IMG/VR virus record: IMGVR_UViG_3300005099_000009
Location: 1 to 61,313 of that record
DNA: 61,313 nt
Source: a virus
Taxonomy: Duplodnaviria; Caudoviricetes
Direction: 5' to 3' (one strand)
Positions 28,497 to 36,502 of this stretch are shown here, in pieces (position 1 is the first letter of the stretch; every line of letters begins with the position of its first letter). The notes beneath the pieces are model-generated. The model saw only the letters and a program-made list of their open reading frames with translations, was not told the origin of the DNA and did no database searches. Made by a program: the position numbers and the translations under genes.

Positions 28497-29720
28497 ATGG
28501 CTAGTCTTTTGTCCGAATTCCAGGCCCGGCGGAACGCGCTCTTGGCGGCGCTGGACGCCAACAACCTCCGGGGGCGCCTGGTGAAGAGCGCCGTCGGCTC
28601 TCAGCTCATCGCCTTCCGCTTCCGGTTGTGGCGTCCGCTCCGCAAGGACGTGATGGAGGCGCTGAACCTGGCCTCGACCCTGGATTACGCTCTGCGGGTG
28701 AGCGGCGTGCGGGTGGCCCTGGAGGGCGGGGACATCGTGATAGAGGTTCCCCGCCGAGGGTTCACGCCCGTGCTCGCCGCCCCGCTCAGGGGCAGGGGAT
28801 TGAAGGTGCCGCTGGGCCGGGACGTCTGGCTCAGGCCGGTGCTGCTGGACTTCGCCAGCCCCTCCAGCCCCCACGCGCTCATCGTGGGAGCCAGCGGCGC
28901 GGGCAAGAGCGAGCTCTTGGCGGCCATCATCTTCGGCTTGGCGCGGCAGAATTCCCCCGAAAGGGTGCGCATCGCCCTGGTGGACACGCGCCGGGCCGAA
29001 CCTCTGGCGAGGTTCGGGCGTCTGGCCCATCTGGCCTTCCGGCCCGCCAGGACGCCAGAGGAGGCGGCCTCGCTTTGCCGCTGGGCAGTGGAGGAGCTGG
29101 AGCGCAGGGAGCGGAACGGGGCGACGCGCCCGGCTATCTTCTTGGCGATAGATGAGGCATTTGACGTCCGAGCCCGCCATAAGGACGTCGAGGAGCTGCT
29201 CATGAGGCTCGCCAGCGGGGGCCGGGCCAAGGGCATACACCTGATCCTCGCCACCCAGCGCACCACGCGGGAGGCATTGGGCAGCCCCCTCATACAGGGC
29301 AACGTCCTGGTGAGGCTGGTGGCGAGGGTGGCGAGCTCCAGCGACTCGTTCCTCGCCACGACCGTCGCCAAGGCGGGGGCGGAGAGGCTCTTGGGCCGGG
29401 GCGATTTCTTGGCCGTGAGCCCCTTGGGCAGGGTAGTGCGCTTCCAGGGCGCGCTGGTGAGGCCGCGCGACGTGCGGGAGCTGCCGTCGGCCAGCCCCGC
29501 GCCCATTCCCGCCCAGGAGCCCCCTGCGAAACCGAAGCGCTCTTGGGGCGGGCACAATCGCGTGCCCGACGAGGAGCTGGGCCCCATCGTGGAGTATTTC
29601 CTGACCGATCCGGGGGCCAGCATCCTGGGAGCCAAGCGGAGGTTCCGGCGCGGCGACGGGCCGGTCTACCGGGCGAGGGAGATCGCTTTAAGGAGGCTTG
29701 AGCATGCGGGAGACGGATAG
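28497..29720 (+). CDS. FtsK/SpoIIIE-family DNA translocase without N-terminal TM
   Basis: IEVP alpha-domain end, Walker A GASGAGKS, Walker B LAIDE, GRAKGIHLILATQR, AERLLGRGDFL; start uncertain. Confidence 0.88.
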   Translation: MASLLSEFQARRNALLAALDANNLRGRLVKSAVGSQLIAFRFRLWRPLRKDVMEALNLASTLDYALRVSGVRVALEGGDIVIEVPRRGFTPVLAAPLRGRGLKVPLGRDVWLRPVLLDFASPSSPHALIVGASGAGKSELLAAIIFGLARQNSPERVRIALVDTRRAEPLARFGRLAHLAFRPARTPEEAASLCRWAVEELERRERNGATRPAIFLAIDEAFDVRARHKDVEELLMRLASGGRAKGIHLILATQRTTREALGSPLIQGNVLVRLVARVASSSDSFLATTVAKAGAERLLGRGDFLAVSPLGRVVRFQGALVRPRDVRELPSASPAPIPAQEPPAKPKRSWGGHNRVPDEELGPIVEYFLTDPGASILGAKRRFRRGDGPVYRAREIALRRLEHAGDG

Positions 29721-30099
29721 GGTTAAATCGTTCTTGATGCTGGTCCTTGCTTTGGCCGTAGTGGCCGGGGCGGGCGCGGTGGGCTACTGGTTCACGCATA
29801 ATCTGTCCCGCGACGCCCAGATAGTTCTGGTGACGCTGCTGGTGGGCGTCCTCCCGGTCATTTTGGCCTTCAGTCTGGTGAGCCTCTGGCTCATCAAGGC
29901 CATCGTCCGCGACCGGGAGGCGGACATGACGGAGACGCGGGCGCTCTACCACAGCCTGTTCCAGCAGGCGCAGCGCCAGACGCCGGTCAACTTGCACATC
30001 GGTAAGGGGCAGCCCGCCGCGCTGGAGACGCCGCTGGCGAGCCAGCAACCCGCCCCGGAGCAGCTCGTGATTTTGGGGCAGGAGGAGCTTGAGCAATAA
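29704..30099 (+). CDS. Two-TM membrane protein
   Basis: AAGGAGG SD; two hydrophobic stretches; overlaps FtsK stop. Confidence 0.65.
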   Translation: MRETDRVKSFLMLVLALAVVAGAGAVGYWFTHNLSRDAQIVLVTLLVGVLPVILAFSLVSLWLIKAIVRDREADMTETRALYHSLFQQAQRQTPVNLHIGKGQPAALETPLASQQPAPEQLVILGQEELEQ

Positions 30100-30412
30100 G
30101 GAGGTGTGGAGAATGGACCGTCTGTTGCGCCCCAAAGAGAAGGCGCTCATCGCTTGGGTGCGCAAATTAGGGAACGCTGAGACGGCAGAACCCTTGGTGG
30201 TCCATGACCTTCCCGAAGCCGATGTCCTAGGCGTGGAGCGCCTGAGCGACCTTTCGCCGATAGAGAAGCGATTCTTGAAGGCGATCGAGCAGTTGTGCTA
30301 TCCGCCGCTGAAGCTGACGGTACGCAACGGCCGGGTGGTCAAGTTCAGTTGGCTGGAAAAGACTTTTGCGGGGCCGGTTTGGCACTTGGAGGTGCTGAGC
30401 GAGCGGGGATAG
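30089..30412 (+). CDS. Hypothetical protein
   Basis: SD motifs, tiling. Confidence 0.55.
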   Translation: MSNKEVWRMDRLLRPKEKALIAWVRKLGNAETAEPLVVHDLPEADVLGVERLSDLSPIEKRFLKAIEQLCYPPLKLTVRNGRVVKFSWLEKTFAGPVWHLEVLSERG

Positions 30413-30429
30413 GTCGAGGAGGAGGCGTC

Positions 30430-30726
30430 ATGAGGTGGTTCTTTGCTTTCCTAATGATATTGGGCGCCGCAGTGCTCTGCTATGGCTGCGGCAGGCTCGT
30501 GGTATTGGCCATGGCATTCCTATCGCCTTTTGGCCAAGGCCTGGCTATCGGAGGCTTTGTTGGCTTCATAGCGGGCTGGGCCAGTTTTTTGGCGTACGGC
30601 TCATGGGTTGTCCGCAGGGAGCGGCGCGCCCGGCTGCGCCAAGTAAGGCAGAAGTTGGAGAGGCTCAATAGCCAGTTGGATGAGGTTCTGGCGGACGCCT
30701 TGCGGAGGCAGAGTCAAATGGATTAG
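30430..30726 (+). CDS. Membrane protein with C-terminal coiled coil
   Basis: GAGGAGGAGG SD; MRWFFAFLMILG... Confidence 0.6.
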   Translation: MRWFFAFLMILGAAVLCYGCGRLVVLAMAFLSPFGQGLAIGGFVGFIAGWASFLAYGSWVVRRERRARLRQVRQKLERLNSQLDEVLADALRRQSQMD

Positions 30727-30737
30727 CAGGGGTAGAT

Positions 30738-30946
30738 ATGAGACGCAAGCGCAAATAATCGAGGCTCCAGCGCCAAATCGTGGTTTGGCTTGATTCTCCT
30801 GAATTTGGCTTGGCTGAGCTGCTGAGCGCGGGCGCTTGGCTGGGCTTTTGCGCCGGACCATGGTAACGCTGTCGACGGCGCTGGGCTCTGTGAAGCTGGT
30901 GCTGAGCGCCTTAAGGGGCAAGTACCGCCGGGTAAAAAAAGAATAA
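30738..30946 (+). pseudogene. Probable disrupted small gene
   Basis: MRRKRK*SRLQRQ...GFCAG then frame change to TMVTLSTALG...KKE*. Confidence 0.35.
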
Positions 30947-30995
30947 GCGTAAGCTGCGCCCTGAGCCGGCGCAGGGCTGATAAAGCCTGAGCGGA

Positions 30996-31045
30996 AGCAG
31001 GGGCGTTTAAGGTATATCATTCCTTAGCGCCCCTGCTACTTTTTC
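30996..31045. terminator. Intrinsic terminator at convergence of the two early arms
   Basis: GCAGGGGCG..TAAGG/CCTTA.CGCCCCTGC stem followed by T-tract. Confidence 0.7.
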
Positions 31046-31051
31046 CTTGTT

Positions 31052-31297
31052 TCAGATTTTGCGCCGAAAGATGCTTTTCCAGTCCCTGTCTGTCAAGTGA
31101 GGCCCCCAAATCTCCCCCCATCCTTGGGCCTCCAGCGCTTGCTTGTTGTCGGGATAGCACGGATCGCACCAGGGGTGCGAGAAGTGATCATTGGAAAAGC
31201 AGCAAGCGTCAACCTCGATGTACTCATATCCGGGCTCGGCGCGAAGCCCGTACGGATACATCTCAAGCTCTTCCTTTGTGATAGTTATACCGATCAT
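31052..31297 (-). CDS. Hypothetical protein
   Basis: AAAGGAG SD. Confidence 0.6.
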   Translation of the reverse strand: MIGITITKEELEMYPYGLRAEPGYEYIEVDACCFSNDHFSHPWCDPCYPDNKQALEAQGWGEIWGPHLTDRDWKSIFRRKI

Positions 31298-31651
31298 CTA
31301 AGCTTTACTCCTTTCTAGAAATCGCTTGACGGCCTTCCGGCTTACCAACCAAGTGGAGCTCGACTGCCTGGCGGCGAGCCGCCCTTCGCGGACGGCGCTC
31401 ATTAGCGTCTGGTAAGGGACGTTGAACTCTTGGGCAGCTTCCCTTAGAGTGAGTTCAAACCAGTCGTTAGCCAGAAAAGCTTCCGCGGGGATTTCCGCGA
31501 CTTCGTCGCCCAAACAGCGGACATGGCGGGACACGAAATTGTTGGGCAGGTTGTCAACCCTGACCCAGAACCCTGTGGCGGGATCGAAGTAAATTTCGCA
31601 GGTTTTGGCTAGCTCGCCCGCTCTTGCGTGGCTTACACTGATGCCCTGCAT
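31298..31651 (-). CDS. Excisionase-like/MerR-type HTH protein
   Basis: LTLREAAQEFNVPYQTL..AVREGRL.ARQ..STWLVSR; AAGGAGG SD. Confidence 0.75.
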   Translation of the reverse strand: MQGISVSHARAGELAKTCEIYFDPATGFWVRVDNLPNNFVSRHVRCLGDEVAEIPAEAFLANDWFELTLREAAQEFNVPYQTLMSAVREGRLAARQSSSTWLVSRKAVKRFLERSKA

Positions 31652-31685
31652 TCTTCTATCACCTCCTTCTTTAGATTTGATAGCC

Positions 31686-31886
31686 TCATACTCGAGATCT
31701 TGTGACCCCATTACGGCACGCCAGCCATTGCACCCACGGGATAATGCGATAGGGATGCGGATACTGACGGAGTGCGCGCTCTAGCCGCAGGGCGCTAGGG
31801 GAGTAATGGCTGGTTGAATACCAGCGAATCTTGTCTTGGCGTCGGAATGCGACCCTGATCCCCCGTAGGATCAATGAAGTAGCCAA
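31686..31886 (-). CDS. Hypothetical protein
   Basis: Tiles in leftward early operon. Confidence 0.4.
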   Translation of the reverse strand: MATSLILRGIRVAFRRQDKIRWYSTSHYSPSALRLERALRQYPHPYRIIPWVQWLACRNGVTRSRV

Positions 31887-31904
31887 TCATAAGCAGGCCA
31901 GTCA

Positions 31905-32366
31905 TTAGGCCTTCTCCTGTTCTTTATCGGGGCGTTTCCATTCCATGACGATTCGGAGACTGGGCCCAATATTCCAACGAGCGATCCTTGATCGCTTATT
32001 AATTATCAGGGCGGGCCCGATGGTATAGCGGTTTAGATTTGATTTGTAAATTATCCATATGGAAAACGGGCCTAGTCTTACCTTGTGTTTGTTGCAGTCC
32101 TTGCCTTTTGAGTGTGTAAGCCTCAATTCCGCCCTTGTTGCGTAGGCTTGCCCAGCACATTGGTTCAGGAATAGCGTCCACCCCTTGAGCGTCAATACAG
32201 CGTGGGCGGCACCGGCATCAAGCAAGGAATTGGCAAGGCTAGCGATGCGCTGCTTATTGGCGCTCGATGGGTAGGGGTAAATGCGATCGGAGTAGATGTC
32301 AGCGCCCCGGCGAGAGATCATAATGGCACCTTCGCTATAGGTGATATAGCCTATATAGGCTTTCGT
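31905..32366 (-). CDS. Hypothetical protein with ACG at the expected start
   Basis: AGGAGG-ACACA-ACG in frame with the ORF-track ATG at 32321. Confidence 0.55.
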   Translation of the reverse strand, partial: TKAYIGYITYSEGAIMISRRGADIYSDRIYPYPSSANKQRIASLANSLLDAGAAHAVLTLKGWTLFLNQCAGQAYATRAELRLTHSKGKDCNKHKVRLGPFSIWIIYKSNLNRYTIGPALIINKRSRIARWNIGPSLRIVMEWKRPDKEQEKA

Positions 32367-32467
32367 TGTGTCCTCCTTTCTATCGGGCTGGGCTTGTCCC
32401 GGTTGGCTTCTGCCCCTGCCTGGCCCGGAGGACGCTCCGAGGCGGGGGGCAGGCCGGAAGCCCTGCT
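32367..32467 (-). repeat. Intergenic hairpin repeat, copy 1
   Basis: Matches 33448-33551 along its length and 32772-32820 in the core. Confidence 0.85.
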
Positions 32468-32474
32468 GGGCGGC

Positions 32475-32684
32475 TTATTCCCAAGCCTCTTTTATGGCTT
32501 CTATCCGATCAATGGCCGCCTCAAGGCTACGGCCTGCGTACCAAGCTGTCTTTCCGAATGGCTTGATCCACCACCCGTAGGGGCGTTGACCGAAAGGGCC
32601 GTAGCCCTTCCAAATGCGGGCGGCATTGGCTGCTTGGCCGACCAATTTAGCATAAGCTTCCCTAATTCTCTCTTCGGCTTTCAT
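32475..32684 (-). CDS. Hypothetical protein
   Basis: AAGGAGG SD; MKAEERIREA... Confidence 0.65.
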   Translation of the reverse strand: MKAEERIREAYAKLVGQAANAARIWKGYGPFGQRPYGWWIKPFGKTAWYAGRSLEAAIDRIEAIKEAWE

Positions 32685-32689
32685 TCTTG

Positions 32690-32726
32690 CCTCCTTCATT
32701 GGCTTGCTCTTTAAATTGGATTTTCT
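32690..32726 (-). repeat. Duplicated 5' leader (copy of 34119-34157)
   Basis: CCTCCTT..ATT.GGCTTGCTCTTT.A.TTGGATTTTCT at both sites. Confidence 0.85.
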
Positions 32727-32771
32727 ATCTTTTGCCGGACCTCTCACCCCGGCGTATTCGCTGTGTGGGTT

Positions 32772-32820
32772 CTGGCCCCGGAGGACGCTCTGAGGTGGGC
32801 AGCAGGGTGGGAGCCCTGCT
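32772..32820 (-). repeat. Intergenic hairpin repeat, copy 2 (core only)
   Basis: CCGGAGGACGCTC.GAGG.GGG..GCAGG..GG.AGCCCTGCT. Confidence 0.8.
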
Positions 32821-32835
32821 CAGAGGCTCGCTCTT

Positions 32836-33447
32836 TCAACCGAAGGAGATTCCATATTCCTCCAATTCTTGGCGCTGTAGTTTGCGCGCCAATTTGATCT
32901 TCTCGGCCATGCAGGTGCCCCTAGGCCAATCCAGCCTATACCCTTTGTTATTGGCCGGGGCATCGGGAGGGAGGTCTGGGCGGTGTAGCATCGGGGGCAG
33001 AGATCGTCGAAGTCCCCGCACCTCCACCGCCCATATCTCGATGTCGCCGGGCTCCTCGGTTAAGAATTCGCTAAGGCAGCTCAGGGAGTCGAACACCGTG
33101 AGATCATAGCCCGCTTGGGCTAGGCGGGGTGGAGCCGAGACCCACTCGCCCGGCTTGTAAATGACACGGGCCTCCCCTTGCGCGAGGCAGGAGGTGAGCT
33201 CACCATCCTCCCCACGTTTTACGACTTTGTAGTAATATGAGATGAATTCATCGAGGGCGGCGGAGATGGCAGATTTATACATATTGAGCTCTGCACTCTC
33301 ACTTATATGGCTCTGTAGCTCATCGAGGAATTGGGCATAAATTTCCCTGCCCTTATCGGGTTCTTGCCGAATGGCCCTGGCAAGAACTTGGGCGGTATCC
33401 TCGACCTGAATATTCGCTCGCTCGTTCACTTTTAGATATTTATACAT
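32836..33447 (-). CDS. Hypothetical protein
   Basis: AAGGGGG SD; 203 aa. Confidence 0.7.
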   Translation of the reverse strand: MYKYLKVNERANIQVEDTAQVLARAIRQEPDKGREIYAQFLDELQSHISESAELNMYKSAISAALDEFISYYYKVVKRGEDGELTSCLAQGEARVIYKPGEWVSAPPRLAQAGYDLTVFDSLSCLSEFLTEEPGDIEIWAVEVRGLRRSLPPMLHRPDLPPDAPANNKGYRLDWPRGTCMAEKIKLARKLQRQELEEYGISFG

Positions 33448-33551
33448 TGTGTCCCCCTTCCTAATTGGGCCGGGCTTCTCCTAGCTGGCTTCTACTCTCG
33501 TGCCTGCCCGGGAGGATGCTCCAAGGCGGGCAGCAAGGCGGAAGCCCTGCT
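33448..33551 (-). repeat. Intergenic hairpin repeat, copy 3
   Basis: See copy 1. Confidence 0.85.
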
Positions 33552-33816
33552 AGCGACAAGGGATATGATTAATGCAGCCAGCGATATAATTAGCCGCCTC
33601 GAAAGCCCGTCCAGGATGTTTGTGATCAAGGAGAATCTCCTTGTAATAATATCCGCCATTGTGATAGCTCCATCTTTCGGGGATTTTGATTTTTAAGCCG
33701 GGGATGGCTTGCTGCACTTCCCGGAGGGCTTTTTCAGCTGCCGGCCATTGGCGCTCAGCCACGGACACGCCAGCACAATAGAATCCTTCGGCTACAAGAT
33801 TATCTCGATTGATCAT
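33550..33816 (-). CDS. Hypothetical protein
   Basis: GAGAGG SD. Confidence 0.6.
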   Translation of the reverse strand: MINRDNLVAEGFYCAGVSVAERQWPAAEKALREVQQAIPGLKIKIPERWSYHNGGYYYKEILLDHKHPGRAFEAANYIAGCINHIPCR

Positions 33817-33828
33817 GATGCCTCCTCT

Positions 33829-34110
33829 CTATGCCTTCAAATGGGCTGCGACTCGCTTGGCGTCTTCTAAGGAGCCCTTCACCGCGCAGCCGAGCCACTT
33901 CCCGCCCGGCCAATTCATTGTGACATCCCAACTCTTGAAGCGATTGAGTTCTACGCGGATCGTGTAATTGCCCGTATCGGCTTCGGCTCCCTTGCGGGTA
34001 TCGCGCCAAGCCAATTCGCGAGATTCGTTGGAGAAGCTGGGCCACCCCCACGGGCTCTTTTGGGGAATGATTTGGATTCCAAGCTTCTGGGCCAATTCTT
34101 TCGCTTTCAT
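33829..34110 (-). CDS. Hypothetical protein, first gene of leftward early operon
   Basis: AAGGAGG SD. Confidence 0.65.
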   Translation of the reverse strand: MKAKELAQKLGIQIIPQKSPWGWPSFSNESRELAWRDTRKGAEADTGNYTIRVELNRFKSWDVTMNWPGGKWLGCAVKGSLEDAKRVAAHLKA

Positions 34111-34163
34111 CGCTCTTTCCTCCTTTTATTTGGCTTGCTCTTTTAGTTGGATTTTCTGCTAAT

Positions 34164-34192
34164 ATTATACCAGAAAAATCTCTTTTTGTCAA
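34164..34192 (-). promoter_or_regulatory. Leftward consensus sigma70 early promoter
   Basis: TTGACA-17 bp-TATAAT with TGn extended -10. Confidence 0.9.
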
Positions 34193-34238
34193 GGGTTTTT
34201 AGGCAAATTCACAAAATTTTAAGGTTTGTTATGTTAGT

Positions 34239-34454
34239 ATGAAAAACTTGGACTACGAGGACAGCGAGCTGGTGCTGAAGGCGCTGGGCCAGCTGACCGA
34301 AAGGCAGCTGCTGGTATTCGCGCTCTGGCTCGCAGGTTTCGGGGCCAAAGAGATAGCCCGGTTATTGGGTTTGTCAGAAGGCACGGTGAAGCGCCATTTA
34401 AATCGGGCTCGGCAAAAAATGCGACAATTCGCCGAAGCTTATCTAATCTGTTAA
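34239..34454 (+). CDS. Stand-alone sigma70 region-4 (ECF/LuxR-like HTH) protein
   Basis: ALGQLTERQLLVFAL..AGFGAKEIARLLGLSEGTVKRHLNRARQKM. Confidence 0.85.
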   Translation: MKNLDYEDSELVLKALGQLTERQLLVFALWLAGFGAKEIARLLGLSEGTVKRHLNRARQKMRQFAEAYLIC

Positions 34455-34464
34455 GGAAACTCAT

Positions 34465-34492
34465 GTCAACCAGAAACGCCTTATCGCCGTCT
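34465..34492 (+). promoter_or_regulatory. Possible ECF-type promoter
   Basis: GTCAAC-17 bp-CGTCT upstream of the sigma-2 gene. Confidence 0.35.
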
Positions 34493-34506
34493 TAGTAAGT
34501 AGAGAG

Positions 34507-34833
34507 ATGACTTTTCAAGAATTCGATAAGTTATACGAGAACTACTGGCGCTTAGTGCGCGCTATGGCGGCGGACTACGCCCACAGTCCGCTCGACGCTG
34601 AGGACATCGTCCAAGCGGTCTGGGAGCGAGTCTGGGCAGGGGCGCCGACGCCGTCGGAGTTGGCGAACCCCAAGGCTTACCTGAGACAGGTGGTGCGGCG
34701 CGTCGCGGACGACTACTATGGCGCCAGCCCCCAAGCGGTCTCCTGGGAGTGGCTGACGGAGGCCGACTTGGGCGGTCGGCTCCCGCTGGAGGAGATGGGT
34801 TTGGTGGCCGACCTGCGCGGCAGGAGGTCGTGA
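34507..34833 (+). CDS. Stand-alone sigma70 region-2 (ECF-like) protein
   Basis: FDKLYENY...DAEDIVQAVW.RVW...PKAYLRQVVRR..DDYY. Confidence 0.8.
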   Translation: MTFQEFDKLYENYWRLVRAMAADYAHSPLDAEDIVQAVWERVWAGAPTPSELANPKAYLRQVVRRVADDYYGASPQAVSWEWLTEADLGGRLPLEEMGLVADLRGRRS

Positions 34834-35231
34834 TGGGGCGCGGGCTGCAGGAGCTTTCGACCGAGCACGAGCTGCATGGCTGGGCGCGTCACGTGGGCAA
34901 GGCGGCGCTTCGGTTGGCCTTGGCGATCTTGGCCCAGGCCGCCTGCGATTGGCGCGCCGCGAGGGAAGGCCGCCTGAGCAACGAGCATAGGCGGTTCTTG
35001 GAGCTGGCGGGCTTCGGCGACGCGCGGGAGGAGCTGCGGGAGTTCTTCTTGGGCGGCTGGTGCGAGTTTCTGGCCGACTCGCTCGCCTGCGAGCGCTGGG
35101 AATTGGAGCGCTGCTACAAGCACGGGATGTTCGCCGGGCTCAAGGCGGTGCAGCGGCGCTGCTCTTGGGGCTTAGTTAAGGGTGAGTACTTGGACTATCT
35201 TGCGCTTTTAAGAGTTCTGGAAATAGAGTGA
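34833..35231 (+). CDS. Hypothetical protein
   Basis: AGGAGG SD; LA.AIL.QA..DW...FF.G.W pattern. Confidence 0.6.
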   Translation: MGRGLQELSTEHELHGWARHVGKAALRLALAILAQAACDWRAAREGRLSNEHRRFLELAGFGDAREELREFFLGGWCEFLADSLACERWELERCYKHGMFAGLKAVQRRCSWGLVKGEYLDYLALLRVLEIE

Positions 35232-35335
35232 GGGCGGGTGGCGGCGGGGAGTTGGGGACGCGCGCGGATTAGTCGCCTCCGCCCGAATTCGGAAGAATTT
35301 TCGGAATTTGTAAGTGGACCAACCTTGCTGGCCAG

Positions 35336-35542
35336 ATGACCAAGTTTCGCGTGTACCAGCTCAGGCTGCGCGGCGAGCCGCGAATAGTGGAGCTGCTCAA
35401 GTGTTACGTTCCGGCCCAGCCCGCTACCTTGGCGGAGGCCAGGGAGTACCGGCGGGCCGTGGAAACGCTCTTTGGCAATGCCGTGCAAGTGGAGATATTA
35501 AGTGTGGAGCGGCGAACACGTCCTATCGTTCGTTCACTTTGA
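35336..35542 (+). CDS. Hypothetical protein
   Basis: 68 aa ORF ending just before queD. Confidence 0.45.
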   Translation: MTKFRVYQLRLRGEPRIVELLKCYVPAQPATLAEAREYRRAVETLFGNAVQVEILSVERRTRPIVRSL

Positions 35543-35550
35543 GGTTTAAG

Positions 35551-35907
35551 ATGTTTAGTGTGATTGTGGAGCAGACCTTTAGCGCAGCGCATCGCCTGCC
35601 GGGGGTGCCGGTTTGCGAGCGACTACACGGCCACAACTTCAGGGTTGTAGTAGAGTTAGGCTCAGCTCAGCTAAATGAGCAAGGTATGGTTATAGACTTC
35701 CGCGAAGTTAAGCAGGCTTTGCGCGAGATACTCCCTGACCATACTTACCTTAATGAGCTACTCTCGGAGCCTCCTACTTCCGAAGTCTTATCTCGATGGA
35801 TTTTCAGTCAACTAAGAGATCGTGGCTTGCCTGTTTTGCGGGTTACGGTATGGGAGGGCGAGAAATCGGGTGCTAGCTACTGGGAAGATGGAGTATTACC
35901 TTGCTGA
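35551..35907 (+). CDS. queD: 6-carboxytetrahydropterin synthase
   Basis: FSAAHRL, CERLHGHNF, GMVIDF, DH.YLN, PTSE, VWE. Confidence 0.92.
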   Translation: MFSVIVEQTFSAAHRLPGVPVCERLHGHNFRVVVELGSAQLNEQGMVIDFREVKQALREILPDHTYLNELLSEPPTSEVLSRWIFSQLRDRGLPVLRVTVWEGEKSGASYWEDGVLPC

Positions 35908-36502
35908 GCCGCCTTTCTGGTCAATCCAAGGCGAAGGCTTGAGATCAGGCTGCCCCACTATATTCATTCGGCTGGCGGGCTGTAATGCTACTCCCGATTT
36001 CTGGTGTTGGGAGTGGTGTGACACGAAGTACGCACGTCACCGTCAGGGATCAGCGAAGCTTAGCTTAGACGAACTTATATACTTAGTAGAGGCGCGAGCT
36101 AATGAGAGTAAGACGGATTGGGTCTGTATTACAGGAGGTGAACCTCTATGTCAAGCGTTACGCCCTTTGATTGATGCCCTCAAGGCTCGGCGCTTTAAGA
36201 TTCAAATCGAGACCAATGGCACTCTGTTTCAGCCTCATCTGAGGGTGGATCATTGGACAGTCTCGCCCAAGACGGAGCAAGTAGTGGAATTCTATTGGGG
36301 TGTGGCGAAAGAGTTTAAGTGGGTTGTAGCTCGTCCTAGCGATCTAAAGCGCGTTCGTATTCCTTCGTATTTCTGGGGCGCTACTATTTTACAGCCCGAA
36401 AGTAATCGTCCCGATGCTATTTGTTGGTGCTTAGATTACATCAAGAAGCACCCGCGTTGTCGGCTGGGCTTACAGCTACATAAAATCATAGGAGTGCGAT
36501 AA
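35888..36502 (+). CDS. queE: 7-carboxy-7-deazaguanine synthase (radical SAM)
   Basis: SIQGEG, FIRLAGCN..CDT, ITGGEP, IETNG, VSPK, LQLHK. Confidence 0.92.
   Translation: MEYYLAEPPFWSIQGEGLRSGCPTIFIRLAGCNATPDFWCWEWCDTKYARHRQGSAKLSLDELIYLVEARANESKTDWVCITGGEPLCQALRPLIDALKARRFKIQIETNGTLFQPHLRVDHWTVSPKTEQVVEFYWGVAKEFKWVVARPSDLKRVRIPSYFWGATILQPESNRPDAICWCLDYIKKHPRCRLGLQLHKIIGVR

Noticed and set aside
31298-31651. Excisionase implying an integration module
   Set aside because: No integrase or att core visible; this HTH family includes many ordinary regulators
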